Of a DNA stretch of 64,000 nt, positions 40,123 to 55,499 are shown in pieces (position 1 is the stretch's first letter; the number at the start of each line of letters is the position of its first letter). Source of the DNA: the human T2T-CHM13v2.0 reference genome, Homo sapiens. A program made the translations under genes and the position numbers. The notes under the pieces are model-generated. The model did no database searches. It had not been told where the DNA came from and was given only the letters and a program-made list of their open reading frames with translations. The stretch lies in NCBI RefSeq assembly GCF_009914755.1, contig NC_060941.1; one strand, 5' to 3'.

Positions 40123-41288
40123 CCAACCCAGCAGGGAGATTTGGAATGACTGTTGGCCATCGGAGCTGTCCCATATCAGGTTAAAATGGACAGTCTTTAT
40201 ACCCCTGCCTCAATCACCAGGTCCTCAATCACCAGGTGTGGGCTATCCAGGAAAAGGGACTGCCTTGGGGAAGGAGGCTCTCTGCAGCTACGGTAAACCC
40301 TAAAGGAGGTGACAGCTGAAGGCTGTCTGCTGACCACACTCCTCACAGCTGGGCAGCAAGTCTGTCTTTGAAGGGAGAACTGTTCTTGAAGATCATCTCC
40401 ATGTGTCCACAGACACGTGTGAGCAATGTCATTGAGGGCCCCTATGGCTAGTTAAGGAGCTTGGATTGTATGCAATAGACAATAGAGAGTCCATGAAAAG
40501 TCTCAGGCATGGAAATGACACACCCAGCTTTGTGTTAAGTGGCATTGTCAACAATGCATGTGAAACAGGGCTGAAGGGTGAAGTCAGGGAGATCAGTTAG
40601 GAGACTGCTAAATTGGCCAAAGTGAGGGGAAGCACCTGAAGAGGCAGTAACAGAAGCATAAAGGAGAGGAAGGATCAGAGAGGAATTTAGGAGGTAAAAC
40701 TTGCAAGAGGGAAGCCAACACTGTGTATTTTTGGAAGGGAAATCACAGTATCAAACATTCAAAAGCAGAACCTCTCAGCATCTACCCTCGCCCTTCCCAG
40801 CCAGCATGCACCTGATTAGACATTCTGGTTTTGTTCACCAGTTTTCCCAGTATCTGGGTCAATTGTTTCATACAGAGTAAATGCTTGATAAATACTTGTT
40901 GAATGAATGATGGATGAGTAAGAGGACCGAGGCCACAGTCAACTGACACAAGATGGCTGCCACTTCCTGACTGTAAGCCTTCAGAAGCCATATCAAATTA
41001 TAGTCTCTACACTCACACAAACATGCAAGGTGAAATGCAATACAAGGAAAGGGCTGCCACGGAAGCACAGCCTAGCTTTGCTTTAACAGCAGCTGAAGAA
41101 TGAAGGCACACGCACCCTCTGGTGCAGCAGAGACCGTGGAGTGAAACAACTTGTCATTTTCAGTGGAGCCCGGGCCTTTCTCGTCCATTCCAAGGCCACA
41201 GGACACACTGCCTGGCCTGCAATTCCTCCACCACCAGGCAAGCAACCCACTTAGCTATGGGCCAAAAACATCTTGGTAGCCTAAGAAT

Positions 41289-41290
<2 letters not shown>

Positions 41291-41337
<47 letters not shown>

Positions 41338-41342
41338 ACACA
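41291..41342. repeat. (CA)n microsatellite
   Basis: About 20 perfect CA units followed by an interrupted tail. Confidence 0.97.
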
Positions 41343-41849
41343 GAATCCAGATCTCAGCTCTTAAGAGAATGACTAGAAGTGCATATTTTGAGGACACCCA
41401 GCAGTGGTACCTAAGATGCCATTTGACTGAAAAAAAAAAAAAATTCAAAACCTCATCCTACTTAACCCATATTATTACTAAGTACTCATTGATATGTTTT
41501 TTTTAGTTGGCCTTCTAATCGGCTTGCCTGCAAAAACAATGCAAATATGCAGAGAGTTAAAAGTAAGAAGTGTATCCATAAGTGCCTATTTGTATAGTCT
41601 ATGTTGTGAAGGACGCTCAAGACACTTAGAAGCTCCCCCTGGAAATGGGAACAGGGACAGGAAGGGACAAGAAGGATGGCATAAACAAGACCAGACTGCA
41701 AAAACTGCAATAAATGCCTAATTCTTCAATGCCCAGACACCAATGAACACCTAAAAACACTGAGACCATCCAGGAAAACATGAGCTCACCAAATGAACTG
41801 AAGGCACCAGGGACCAATACTGAAGAAACAGAGATATTTGATCTTTCTT

Positions 41850-42159
<310 letters not shown>

Positions 42160-42319
42160 GATATTTGATCTTTCTTACAGATAATTCAAAATAGCTGTGT
42201 TAAGGAAATGAGAAGAAATTCAAGATAACACAGTGAAGAAATTCAGAATTCTATCAGGTAAATTTCACAAAGAGATTGAAATTATTAAAAAGAATCAAGC
42301 AGAAATTCTAGAGTTGAAA

Positions 42320-44320
42320 TACTACAGGGAAACATTGGAGAAACTCTCAAGGACATTGGTCTGGGCAACAATTTCTTGAGTAATATCCCACAAGCAGAGG
42401 CAACCAAAGCAAACATGGACAAATGGGATCACATCAAGTTAAAAAGCTTCTGTGCAAAGGAAATAATCAACAAAGTGAAGAGAAAACCCACAGAATGGGA
42501 GGAAATATTCGCAAACTACTCATCTGACAAGGGATTAATAATCAGAATGTATAAGGAGCTCAAACAACCCTACAGGAAAAAATCTAATAATCCAACTTAA
42601 AAATTGGCAAAATATTTGAATAGACATTTCTCAAAAGAAGATATACAAATGGCAAACAGACATATGAAAAGGTGCTCAATATCATTGATTGTCAGAGAAA
42701 TGCAAATCAAAACTACAATGAGATACCATCTCATCCCAGTTAAAATGGCTCTTATCCAAGAGACAGGCAGTAACAAATGTTGGTGAGCATGAGAAGAAAA
42801 GGGGACCCTCATCCACTATTGATGTGCATGTACATTAATACAAGCACTATGGAGAACAGTTTGGAGGTTCTTCAAAAAAAAAAAAAAAACCAACTAAAAT
42901 TAGAGTTACCATATGATCCAGAAATCCTGTTGTGAGGTATATACTCAAAAGAAAGGAAATAAGTATATTGAAGAGATATCTGTACGCCCCTGTTTGTTGC
43001 AGCATTGTTCACAATTGTCAAGATTTGAAAACAACCACAGTGTCCATCAACAGATGATTGGATAAAGAAAATGTGGTATATATACACAATGGAGAACTAT
43101 GCAACCATAAAAAAAGAATGAAATCCTAAATGTGGAGAAATAGGAACGCTTTTACGCTGCTGGTGGGAATGTAAATTAGTTCAACCATTGTAGGAGACAG
43201 TGTGGCGATTCCTCTAGGATCTAGAACCAGAAATACCATTTGACCCAGCAATCCCACTACTGAGTATATACCCAAAGGATTATAAATCATTCTACTATAA
43301 AGACACATGCACATGTATGTTTATTGTGGCAGTATTCACAATAGCAAAGACTTGGAACCAACCCAAATGCCTATCAATGACAGACTGGATAAAGAAAATG
43401 TGGCACATATACACCATGGAATACTATGCAGCCATAAAAAAGGATGAGTTCATATCCTTTGCAGGGACATGGATGAAGCTGGAAAGCATCATTCTCAGCA
43501 AACTATTGCAAGAACAGAAAACCAAACACCACATGTTCTCACTCATAAGTGGGAGTTGTACAATGAGAACACATGGACACTGGGAGGGGAACATCACACA
43601 CCAGGGCCTGCCGCAGGGTGGGGTGGGGGACTAGGGGAGGGACAGCATTAGGAGAAATACCTAATGTAGATGATGGGTTGATGGGTGCAGCAAACCACCA
43701 TGGCACGTGTATACCTATGTAACAAACCTGCACGTTCTGTACATGTATCCCAGAACTTAAAGTATAATAAAAATAAAAATAAAAAAGAAGAATCATAATT
43801 GAATAAAAGTAATTCTACCACTAAAAAAAGAATGAGATTTGAAACAACATGGATGGAACTGCAGGACATTATGTTAAGTGAAATAAGTCAGGCACAGAAA
43901 GACAAACTTCATATTTTCTCACTTATTTCTGGGAGCTAAAAATAAAAACAAACCCATGGAGATAGAAAGTAGAAGGATGATTACCCAAGGGTGGGAAGGG
44001 GAGTGGGAGGATGGGGGAGAAGCGGGAATGATTAATGTGTACAAAAAAATAGAATGAATGATATCTAATATTTGATAGCTCAACCGGGTGACTATAGTCC
44101 ATAATAATTTAATTGTACATTTAAAAATAACTAAAAGAGTATAATTGGATTGTTTGTAACACGAAGTATAAATGCTTGAGGGGATGAATACCTCGTTTTC
44201 CATGATGCGGTTATTCCACATTGCATGCTTGTATCAGGTTATCTTGTGTGCCTCATTAATATATACACCTATTATATACCCACAAAAATTAAAAATAAAC
44301 AAGTAAAAAATAAAAATAAT
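42320..44320 (+). mobile_element. L1MA 3' portion interrupted by an L1PA 3' end (about 43128-43823)
   Basis: The host sequence resumes after the insertion; two distinct 3'UTR types are present. Confidence 0.88.
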
Positions 44321-44490
44321 GAGCATTATGAACCACTATATGCCTAATATATATAACTGACAATTTCCTGGAAAAACATAACATGCCAAAATTGGCCCAA
44401 GAAATAGAGAATTGAACAGATGCTAAATATTGAAGAAAGTAAAATGGTAGTTATTGGCTTCCTAACGTCCCTTCAAAAAAACCTCCAGGA

Positions 44491-44804
<314 letters not shown>

Positions 44805-45602
44805 TCAAAGAAATGAAGACCTCTTCTTTAGACCTCCCCTTTCCCTCTCCTGTTCTGTAGATGATCTCATCTGACTCGACGGCTCAAGATAATTTTGTAT
44901 GTCTCCAAATTCGTATCCCCATACAAAACCTCTCACGTATCTCAGTACCCGCCTGCCATCTCCCTGCTCGCCTCTCAGGAGCTTAAACCCTTTCTCGTGT
45001 TAATTCGTTAAGTACCTCCCCAAATTCCTTAAGAAGAAAATGGAGGCCATCCTTGACCTTCCCTTTTGTTTTATGTCCAAGACCCAGTCCACCACTGAAT
45101 CTTCATGATTTCACCTCCAGATGTAGGTAGCTAATGTATGTTCCTATTTTCCCTGGTCCTATCCTAGTTCAAGCAGCCCTCCCCTCCTGCCTGAGCCACT
45201 GGTCTTCCAAACTTGCTTCTGTCTGTCTCCAAGCCTTGTCTGCATGTAGCAACCCAAATGACCGTCTTTCAACCTATTTGAATCAATCCACTCCCCTGCT
45301 CAAAATACTTCAATAACCTTTCATTGTAACTAGGATAAAAAAAAGAAAGACTCACCAGCTCCATCTGCCCCTCCTTCCCTCCTGACGTTAATTTGTGTCA
45401 TCATCTTGCTCACAAAACACTAGCACTGACTTTCTCTCAGTCCTGGAACACAAAAAACTAATTCCCCACTTTCATGTCCTTGCAGGTGCTGTTTCCTCTC
45501 TCTGGAAAGGTCTTTTCTCAGTCCTTTGAGTAGGTGACACCCTCTCAGTTTTCTGGTCTTAGCTTAAATGTCTCTTTCTCAGATATCTTTTCTTTTGTTT
45601 TT

Positions 45603-46276
45603 TTTCTATGTTTAGATGTTTATTTTTTTATTTTTCCATAAGTTATTGGGGTACAGGTGGTGTTTGGTTACATGAGTAAGTTCTTTAGTGGTATTTGTGA
45701 GATTCTGGTGTACCCATCACCCGAGCAGTATACACTGCACCTTATTTGTAGTCTTTTATCCCTCACCCCCTACTCTTCCCCCCGAGTCCCCAAAGTCCAC
45801 AGTATCATTCTTATGCCTTTGCATCCTCATAGCTTAGCTCCTACATATCAGTGAGAACATACGATGTTTGGTTTTTCATTCCTGAGTTACTTCACTTAGA
45901 ATAACAGTCTACAATCTCATCCAGGTCACTGCAAATGCTGTTAATTCATTCCTTTTTATGGCTGCATAGCATTCCATCATATATATACCACAGTTTCTTT
46001 ATCCACTCGTTGATTGATGGTTATTAGGGTTGGTTCCACGATTTTGCAATTGTGAATTGTGCTGCTATAAACATGTGTGTGCAAGTATCTTTTTCGAATA
46101 ATGACTTCTTTTCCTCTGGGTAGATGCCCAGTAGTGGGATTGCTGGATCAAACGGTAGTTCTACTTTTAATTCTTTAAGGAATCTCTCCACACTCTTTTC
46201 CATAGTGACTGTGCTAGTTTACATTCCCACCAGCGGTGTACAAGTGTTCCCTGTTCACCGCATCCACGCCAACATC
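45603..46276 (-). mobile_element. L1PB 3' end
   Basis: Reverse-complement homologue of the 34.6-35.2 kb L1PB sequence. Confidence 0.88.
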
Positions 46277-46795
46277 AGATACCTTTTCTGACCAAGTGAT
46301 CTAAGAAGTCGATCACTTCTCTTCCCCTATTATCTGTAGCTCAGATTCCCGTTTCCTGGGGGCATTCATCAGTTTGTGATGATTTTATTTCCCAGTCTGT
46401 TTACTTTAGAAGACTTCTCCCATACTGGTCTGCAGACTCCAGGAGGGGAGGCAGTTACGTTCATCTTGTTCCTGGTGGTATCTGCAGCACTGAGCCCAAT
46501 GCCTGCCGTCAACAACACATGAACAGCACAAGAAAAAGATGAACGGCAAGATAAACTCTGGGTATGAGTAGAACTGAGGTTGGTTTTGATGAGAGGTGTC
46601 GGGAGTCTGGGCTGCTCCCAGAAGGGGGATGCAGGGGTGAAGACTGAATGCAGGGACTTCAGTAGCAGGTGAGAGGGTACGTTCTCCAAATGACTCTGTG
46701 GGATGGCTGGGTGGTGGCACTGAGGCAGCCCTGCCCACCTCAGAATCTCACCATGGAGGGCTTGTTATTGTTAGATTTGAAAAGTAGGGGAAACT

Positions 46796-47145
<350 letters not shown>

Positions 47146-47335
47146 TTAGTAGTAGAACTAGGAACAGTGCTGAAATCATTCACATTCTCCTCCAGCACAG
47201 TGCCTATGGTGTCACTCTGGCCTGAAGGAGGACTCCAAACTGACATGTTTTACACCTGCCAAGTATGAGGACCAGAGGCATGTTGCTTGAAACCTGTTGG
47301 AAGGCAGTAAACTTCCCATAGAAGAGGAAATACAG

Positions 47336-47634
47336 GGCTAGGTTCAGTCCTATAATCCCAGCACTTTGGGAGGCCAAGGTGGAAAAATTGCTTGAGCCCA
47401 GGAGTTTGAGACCAGCTTGGGCAACATGGTGAGACCTCGTCTCTACAAAGAAATAAAAAAAATTAGCCAGGTGTGGTGACACACACCTGTGGTCCCAGCT
47501 ACTCGGGAGGCTGAAGTGTCAGGATCGCTTAAGCCTGGGAGGTTGAGGCTGTAGTGAGCAGTGATGATGGTGCCACTGCACCCCAGCCTGAGCAACAGAG
47601 CAAGACCCTGTCTCAAAAAATAAAATAAAAATAA
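47336..47634 (+). mobile_element. AluJ
   Basis: Diverged Alu dimer. Confidence 0.88.
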
Positions 47635-47794
47635 AGAGGAGATACAAAGACAAGATGAGTTGTTAGCCAGATGAGGTGTTGTTTGGCCAGGGTGCTAAAA
47701 ATCCAATTACTTTATGTGGAGGATATAAGGCTGCGTAGCCTGGTTTGAATCTGAAGTCCTTTCAGCTCTGAGACAGCGGAGCTAGGAGTTTGGT

Positions 47795-47930
47795 CAGAGA
47801 GAGGGCGGGCTGAGGCAGAGAGAGGGCGGGCTGAGGCAGACAGAGGGTGGGCTGAGGCAGAGAGAGGGAGGACTGAGGGAGCCATGGTTTGGTCAGAGAG
47901 AGGGAGGGCTTTGGGAGCCATGGTTTGGGA
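47795..47930. repeat. G-rich minisatellite, 21-bp unit CAGAGAGAGGGCGGGCTGAGG x4 plus longer variant units
   Basis: Direct inspection; appears as SARPLSA repeats in the minus-strand ORF. Confidence 0.9.
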
Positions 47931-48024
47931 GAGCCAAGAGCATCCTATCCACCAGAAAGAGGAAAGGGAGATGGAGCAGGAAGGTGTCCATGTGCGGGAG
48001 GAGGGAGACTCTGGCCTACTCCTT

Positions 48025-48445
48025 GTAAACAAGACTCATTTCCCAAGGCCTTTGCACATAGATATTGAGATTGAGGGAATTACCCAGGTTTATCTGAAGA
48101 CACCATCTTGGGATTGCCTCCCTGAGGCCTCCCCCAAACTGATAAATAATCCTGACACAGTTCTGACATGGCCTCTTCCTTCCCGACCTGAGGCTCAGTC
48201 ATCAGCTTTCGGGTCCCGCAGCCTGGCTGGGGCACCCTGTCTTACATTGTGTCTCCTCTCTTCTGGGGACCAAAGGTCCAGGCGCCAGTTCTCCTGCTTT
48301 TCACCTGTACCCTGCTCCAGCCTTGAGTCCCACAACCAGACTTACGGCCCTGTATGTCCTGACTCTGAACGTTCACTGGATGGAGGAGAAAAGTGGAGGC
48401 AGCAGAACCTGTGAATTCTGAGAGCAGAACGGACACTGGGTAAGG
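48025..48445 (+). promoter_or_regulatory. Paralogous putative promoter and 5' exon of the OR1D pseudogene (donor TGG|GTAAGG, GT at 48440)
   Basis: Aligns by eye to 18681-19112. O/E-like TCCCAAGG, ACCCAGG, TCTTGGGA, TCCCTGAGG and an AATTA core. Confidence 0.5.
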
Positions 48446-48470
48446 TCTGGATGGCTCAGCCTCAGGCTTG

Positions 48471-48800
48471 ATTTCTTTTCTTTTCTTTTTTCTTCCTTTC
48501 CTTTTCCTTCCTTCCTTCCTTTCTTCCTTCCTCCCTCCCTCCTTTTCTTTTCTTTTTCTCTTTTCTTTCTCTTTCCTTCCTTCATTCCTTCCTTCCCTCT
48601 CTCTTCCTGCCTCCCTCCCTCCTTCCTTTCTTCCTTCTCTCTTCCTCCTCCTTCCTCTCTCTTTCCTTCCTTCTTTCTTCTTTCCTTTTTCTCTTTCCCT
48701 TCCTTCCTTCCTCTCATTCCTCTCTCTTCCTTTCTTTCTTTCCTTTCTCTTTTTCTTTTTCTTTCTTCCTTCCTTTTTTCTCTCTTCTTCATTTCCCTCT
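48471..48800. repeat. Polypyrimidine (CTTT/CCTT)n low-complexity tract
   Basis: About 330 bp of almost pure C/T on the + strand. Confidence 0.95.
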
Positions 48801-50914
48801 CACAAACATCCTTGCATACTTTAAAAACTCTTCATATAATCTCGCGTATTAGTGTTGAAAGGGAATCGAAGAATCCCTGCAATTATTTTACTGCTCATTT
48901 GCAAAGTGCTGTCACACGCCCTGCTGCATGTGATTCTCACAACCTGCAAGAAAGTCTTTGTGGGTGCGAGGAGGCGGCTCAGGGATGTTGCATGCCCTGC
49001 TCGAGGTCACGCAGCCAGGAAATGACAGGGGAGGTACCAAGCACAGTGTCCTGACACCAAGCGTGGAGCCCTTTTCCATATGGCCCCCGCGTTCTCTCCC
49101 CTCTTCCCCCAGCCACGCTGCAAGAGGGTTTGTCTCTCTAAGGCCATCTGACCACACAACTGTTCAGAACCACTGACTCTTACGGACTCAGAGCAGTGTT
49201 TCCCAAAGCACAGGATCCAAATCACTGGGTCCTTCCTAAAAAGACTTGGTTCTCAGAGCAGAATTCAAAACAGGGGGCCAGAAAACTGACTTTCTGTGTT
49301 GAGGCATCACAGGTGATTCTGATGCACAGGGTCCGGAGACCTTTGCCGTGAGGGCTAGAAAGCAGTGGTACTGATTCCTCTGGGGGTCTCTGGCTTTCCC
49401 TGTCACCTGTCAGGAAAGAGTCCCAGAGGGCGCTGAACTCCAGGCACCAGGCTTGCTAGGGAGTGGACTTGAGCGACAGAATAGGGGAATCAAATCTGGT
49501 CTTCGTCACTTACTAGTCAAGCAATTTCAGGAAACTTACTTTCCAAGCCTCAGTTCCTCATCTATAAAATGGGACAATAGGACCAAGTAGGGTTGTTGTG
49601 TGAACTAAAGATCTTGATATAAAGTATTTCACACATTGTCTGACCAAATGCTGAGTAAAAGGTGGTGGTTTGCTCAAAACACAGTTGTTATGTGTTAAAC
49701 TTGGATTCAAACCCAAGCTTCTGACTCAAAATTTTCTGACATACCAGTGGCACTGAATATCTGAGAACTGGATTTGGGGAATTGGAGTAATGAATCCACT
49801 CATTTCCTAAATGCAGGGCCTGCCTCATCCTCTGCCCTTCACCTGGAGCTCCTTCTGGGTTACTCACAGTTCCCACATCTGCATTTATTTATTCTTCATT
49901 ACTTCAAATTAATAATGTTTCCGATTGAATTTGCAGAACAGGCTCTACACTTTGCTGGCACACTGGCTGGATTTTCGCACAACTGCATTTTTCTCTGTAC
50001 TGTCTCTTACTTTCTTAGGCTCTTGGGCTCATCACGATTCCTTACTTATTGTTCTCAATTGCACGGAGTGTCGAATATTCTATGCAGTTCAGTTCAGCCC
50101 TTGTGTATGGATGCCTACACTATGACTGGTACTGGCTGAGGTCCTGAGGATGCAGTAACGACAACGATGTTTTCCCTGCTGTGGAGGTGCTCACAGTGTC
50201 GTGGGAAAACAGACATTTAGGAAAAACATGAGATGGACCATCCTAAAAGAATGTGAAGACCAAGATATAACGCAGAACCTGTCATTGTGACCTCTGGGGT
50301 GGGAGGAGGTGCTTGACTGGGAGCAATAATGGGTCCTTCCAGGCTGACAGTGGAAGATCAGAGTGGAGAAAGCGCATTTGGTGAAAAGGAAGAGTGAGGC
50401 TAAGGATGGAAGGAAAAGTGTTTCTTGCATTCTAGAAGTGCAAGGCCAGGGAGTAGGAGAAGCCACTGGGGATAAAGCAGCCTGGAGCACTGACGAACCG
50501 GCCACAAAGTTGGCCTGCTCTGGAGGACGTGGGAAAGCTCAGCTACTACAGGGACGCTACGTGATCTGCTTTGTAATTTCGAAAGCACACCCAACGCAGC
50601 ATGGGTGCTGAGCCCTTTATATTCTTGCCTTCACCCTCACAGTGACACTGAAGACTCAGTAGCACTAGCATCCAGTGTGGGTGAACTGCATGTTTTTTAT
50701 ATTATTATAGAAGAATAATAAACTGGATTCTTAATTTAACAATTACTATAACCATCTTTCCATATATAAATTAAAAAAAAATTAGCATCATTGTTTATGA
50801 TCATTCCAGAGTGTTCCATTAATTCGATGGATTATGTAATTTTAAAACAGACTTACTGAGATGTAAGTAATGCCATAAAATTCAGCCGTTTAAAGTGTAC
50901 AACGGAATTATTTT

Positions 50915-51232
<318 letters not shown>

Positions 51233-52302
51233 TAATATACTCATGTGCTTTTGCAACTATCACCACATCTAATTCTGCAGCATTTTCATCACTCTCGAAA
51301 GAATCCTGTACCCTTTCACAGTCGCTCCTCGTGTCTCCCTCTCCCCAGCTCCTGGGAGCCACCAGTCTACCTTCTGTCTCTATGGATTTGCTTATTCTGT
51401 AATCTTTCAAAGAAAATCTCGAATGTTGAATGTTTATGTTATTTCTACACTTTTTTCGATTATTAACAGGTTCTGAGAAACATCTCAGAAAATACCTACA
51501 TTTTTACATTGTCTGATTATATTAAATTTCTAGAATTAGAATATGCTGAAACAAAAGCATGTCCTTTTTTGTTAGTTTCCCAAGTCACAAAATGACATTG
51601 TTGAGTGTACGTTTTTCTCCTTTTTTGTGGAAAAATACTTAGTAATTGATGCCGAAAAGATAGTTTTCAAGGATAATAGTGTGTGTGTGTGTGAAAATGA
51701 GTTTTTGAACATATTGTTATGATCTTCAAGAAATATAAAATTAAATTTATGAAAGACTAGAAGGCCAGATACAAGGAGTCTGCTATTTGCTACAGTGTCC
51801 AGCACTGTGATAATGATTCCCGGCATAAAAGCAAAAAGTGTACGATCTCAAGTCTCTTTAATAACTGTCAGTATAACTTATAACAGTGTGACTTAGCTCC
51901 AAAAAGTCTATTTCCTTGCAGTATTTTTTGCCATAGTTATTGCATTTTCTTTTGCAAAATAAATGCAGGTGTGATAATGCAAAGTGAGTAAGATTGGCCC
52001 CCCACACCACACAAACAGGCTGTGGACCAATCCTGTTTATAAATATAACTACAAAAGCCACATAAAACATTAGGGAGTCAATTTTAATAGTTTATACCAA
52101 GAACACAAGTATGGCTCCATATTGGGAACGCTGTTAACTGTGATAAAAACTTAAAAAGCATCTGCTTAAAGATGCAGCAGCCCTACTTGATTATTAAAAT
52201 ACTCCTGGTAAAATGCAAGCAGAAGGAGAGTTGCTAAATAAACATATCCTCTTCTGCTTAAAGTCCTTTAAGGCTCTTTATTGCATTTGAAATAAAGTTT
52301 TA

Positions 52303-52685
52303 GGCTGGGCGCAGTGGCTCACGCCTGTAATCCCAGCACTTTGGGAGGCCGAGGCAGGCAGATCACGAGGTCAGGAGTTTGAGACCAGCCTGAACAACAT
52401 GGTGAAACCCTGTTTCTACTAAAAATACAAAAATTAGCCGGCCGTGGTGGCGAGCACCTTTAATCCCAGCTACTTGGGAGGCTGAGGCAGGAGAATTGCT
52501 TGAATCCGGGAGGTGGAGGTTGCAGTGAGCTGAGATTGTGCGCCACTGCACTCCAACCTCATGACAAGAGTGAAACTTGGTCTTAAAAAATAAAATAAAA
52601 TAAAATAAAATAAAATAAAATAAAATAAAATAAAATAAAATAAAATAAAATAGAATAAAATAAAATAAAATAAAATAAAATAAAA
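52303..52685 (+). mobile_element. AluS with about 19 units of (TAAAA)n tail
   Basis: Alu dimer; pentanucleotide array at about 52590-52685. Confidence 0.93.
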
Positions 52686-53847
52686 GTACTACCATAACAA
52701 TCCATTAAATCCACGTGTACTGGCTGTTTCTGAAGTTCCATCCAGTTCTACTCACCTGCTCACTCTAGCATCAGTACCAGGCTTTAGAGTCTGGATATTT
52801 GGCAGAGCGGGTTTCCTTCGTTACTCTGTTTCAGTCTTTTCCTAGCTTATTTTCATGCTTACTTTTAGGTAAAATTTAGGTTAGCTTTTGTTTCCCCCAA
52901 ATCCCATGATCTTGACTTTGAGAGGTTAAGCTTCAGGTTAATGCAAGTGACTATGCGTTACTTTTGGTAATTTTATCTATTTATTAAATGTATATCTTAT
53001 GTCTCTTGGGAGAATCTGCAGGTCCTGAGCAATTCTTGTTAACATCGTAATACTTAGATAATGGAAATGGGATTGCTTTGTATTGTATTTTAACCTAATT
53101 CATAGATATAATATATGGAATAATGGGCAATATTTGAATACTTTATTACTTAATTTTATCCTTGCCACCCCCATGTTGCACATGAAGGATCCCAGTTCTG
53201 GAAGAGCTCAAGTAACCTGCCTGGGATGTCACAGCTAGTCGGTGGTAGTACTCGGATTTGCATTCTGAGGGCACAGGCTGTATGGCTACACTATATGGCT
53301 TACTGGGAGCACCATTAGTTTGGGGTCTATTCATTTTGTGTTTGGTAACTTTACTGACATCCCTTTTTATTTCTAGTGACATTTCATCAATTGAGGGTTC
53401 CCAAATAGACTATCATATAAGCAAATAATAATTTTTCCCTCTCCTTTCCAATATGTTCCCCTTTGTCTAGTTGTACAATATCTATTTCTTATAATGTATA
53501 CATCTGTTTTAAAAATCTGTACAATGTCATAACATAACATACTCATCTTTAAACATTTCAAGAGTACAGTAAGATGATAGGATTTAAAATAAGTCATAGA
53601 TATTATTCCTATAATATTGAGTATGCCAGATTAGAAGTTGCTGGAATAATTAAGTTGCACAGAGATTTTCCACGTTCTGTTTTTGTGCCTTATGACTTTG
53701 TTGCCTATCTAAACAGATTATAAAATTTAGTCTAAAATATTTTTAATGCTAAGAAAATAGCTGATTTTGCTTATCTTCTTGTCATCTTACAAATTGAGGA
53801 CACCTTGTAAACATTTGTTGGTGTTAATGTTGCAGAGAGTTGGGGAA

Positions 53848-54787
53848 ATGGATGGAGGCAACCAGAGTGAAGGTTCAGAGTTCCTTCTCCTGGGGATCTC
53901 AGAGAGTCCTGAGCAGCAGCGGATGCTGTTTTGGATGTTCCTGGTCAGGTACCTGGTCACGGTGCTGGGAAATGTGCTCATCATCCTGGCCATCAGCTCT
54001 GATTCCCGCCTGCACACCCCCATGTACTTCTTCCTGGCCAACCTCTCCTTCACTGACCTCTTCTTTGTCACCAACACAATCCCCAAGATGCTGGTGAACC
54101 TCCAGTCCCAGAACAAAGCCATCTCCTACGCAGGCTGTCTGACACAGCTCTACTTCCTGGTCTCCTTGGTGGCCCTGGACAACCTCAACCTGGCCGTGAT
54201 GGCGTATGATCGCTATGTGGCCATCTGCCGTCCCCTCCACTATGTCACAGCCATGATCCCTGGGCTCTGTATCTTGCTCCTCTCCTTGTGTTGGGTGTTC
54301 TCTGCCCTCTATGGCCTCATCCATATCCTCCTCATGACCAGGTGACCTTCTGTGGGTCTCAAAAGATCCACTACCTCTTCTGTGAGATGTACTTCCTGCT
54401 GAGGCTGGCATGTTCCAACATCCACGTCAACCACACAGTACTGGTTGCCACGGGCTGCTTCATCTTCCTCATCCCCTTAGGTTTCATGATCACATCCTAC
54501 GCCCGCATTGTCAGAGCCATCCTCCAAATACCCTCAGCCACTGGGAAGTACAAAGCCTTCTCCACCTGTGCTTCCCATTTGGCTGTGGTCTCCCTCTTCT
54601 ATGGGACTCTGGGTATGGTGTACCTGCAGCCCCTCCAAACCTACTCCATGAAGGACTCAGTAGCCACAGTGATGTATGCGGTGGTGACGCCATGATTAAC
54701 CCTTTCATCTACAGCCTGAGGAACAAGGACATGCATGGGGCTCTGGGAAGACTTCGCCAAGGAAAAGCCTTCCAGAAGTTGACATGA
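53848..54787 (+). pseudogene. OR1D3P: OR1D-family pseudogene with two 1-bp deletions
   Basis: Collinear with OR1D4. ACCAGGTGA vs ACCAGGGTGA at about 54341, and GCCATGATT vs CCTATGATG at about 54691, split the receptor over three ORF-track frames (53767, 54288, 54410). Confidence 0.88.
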
Positions 54788-55032
54788 GGGGTAATTTTGG
54801 GCATTGAAGTGGAGACAGAAAATTTCCTCCACCGTGAGCAAGGCCTGTGGGGGATATCGGAGTGATTAGAACACAGGTCCAGCTCAGAATGAGTTTATGG
54901 ATTTGTGGTGAAGCAAAGACGCCTCCGTCTAACCCAACTGCAGCTGCACCAGACCCATCTGCTTCAACTTTAATGTAACAAGGTTGTAAGTTGTTTTTCA
55001 GTGGCCATGGCTCCTTAGGTCATGTGACCTGA

Positions 55033-55393
<361 letters not shown>

Positions 55394-55499
55394 ATAATTT
55401 TTGTACTTTTAGTAGAGACAGGGTTTCACCATGTTGACTAGGCTGGTCTTGAACTCCTGACCTCAGGTGATCCACCTGCCTCGGCCTCCCAAAGTGTGG

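Noticed and set aside
48373-48824. Lys/Arg/Glu-rich and Phe/Leu/Ser-rich ORFs
   Set aside because: Translations of the low-complexity pyrimidine tract.
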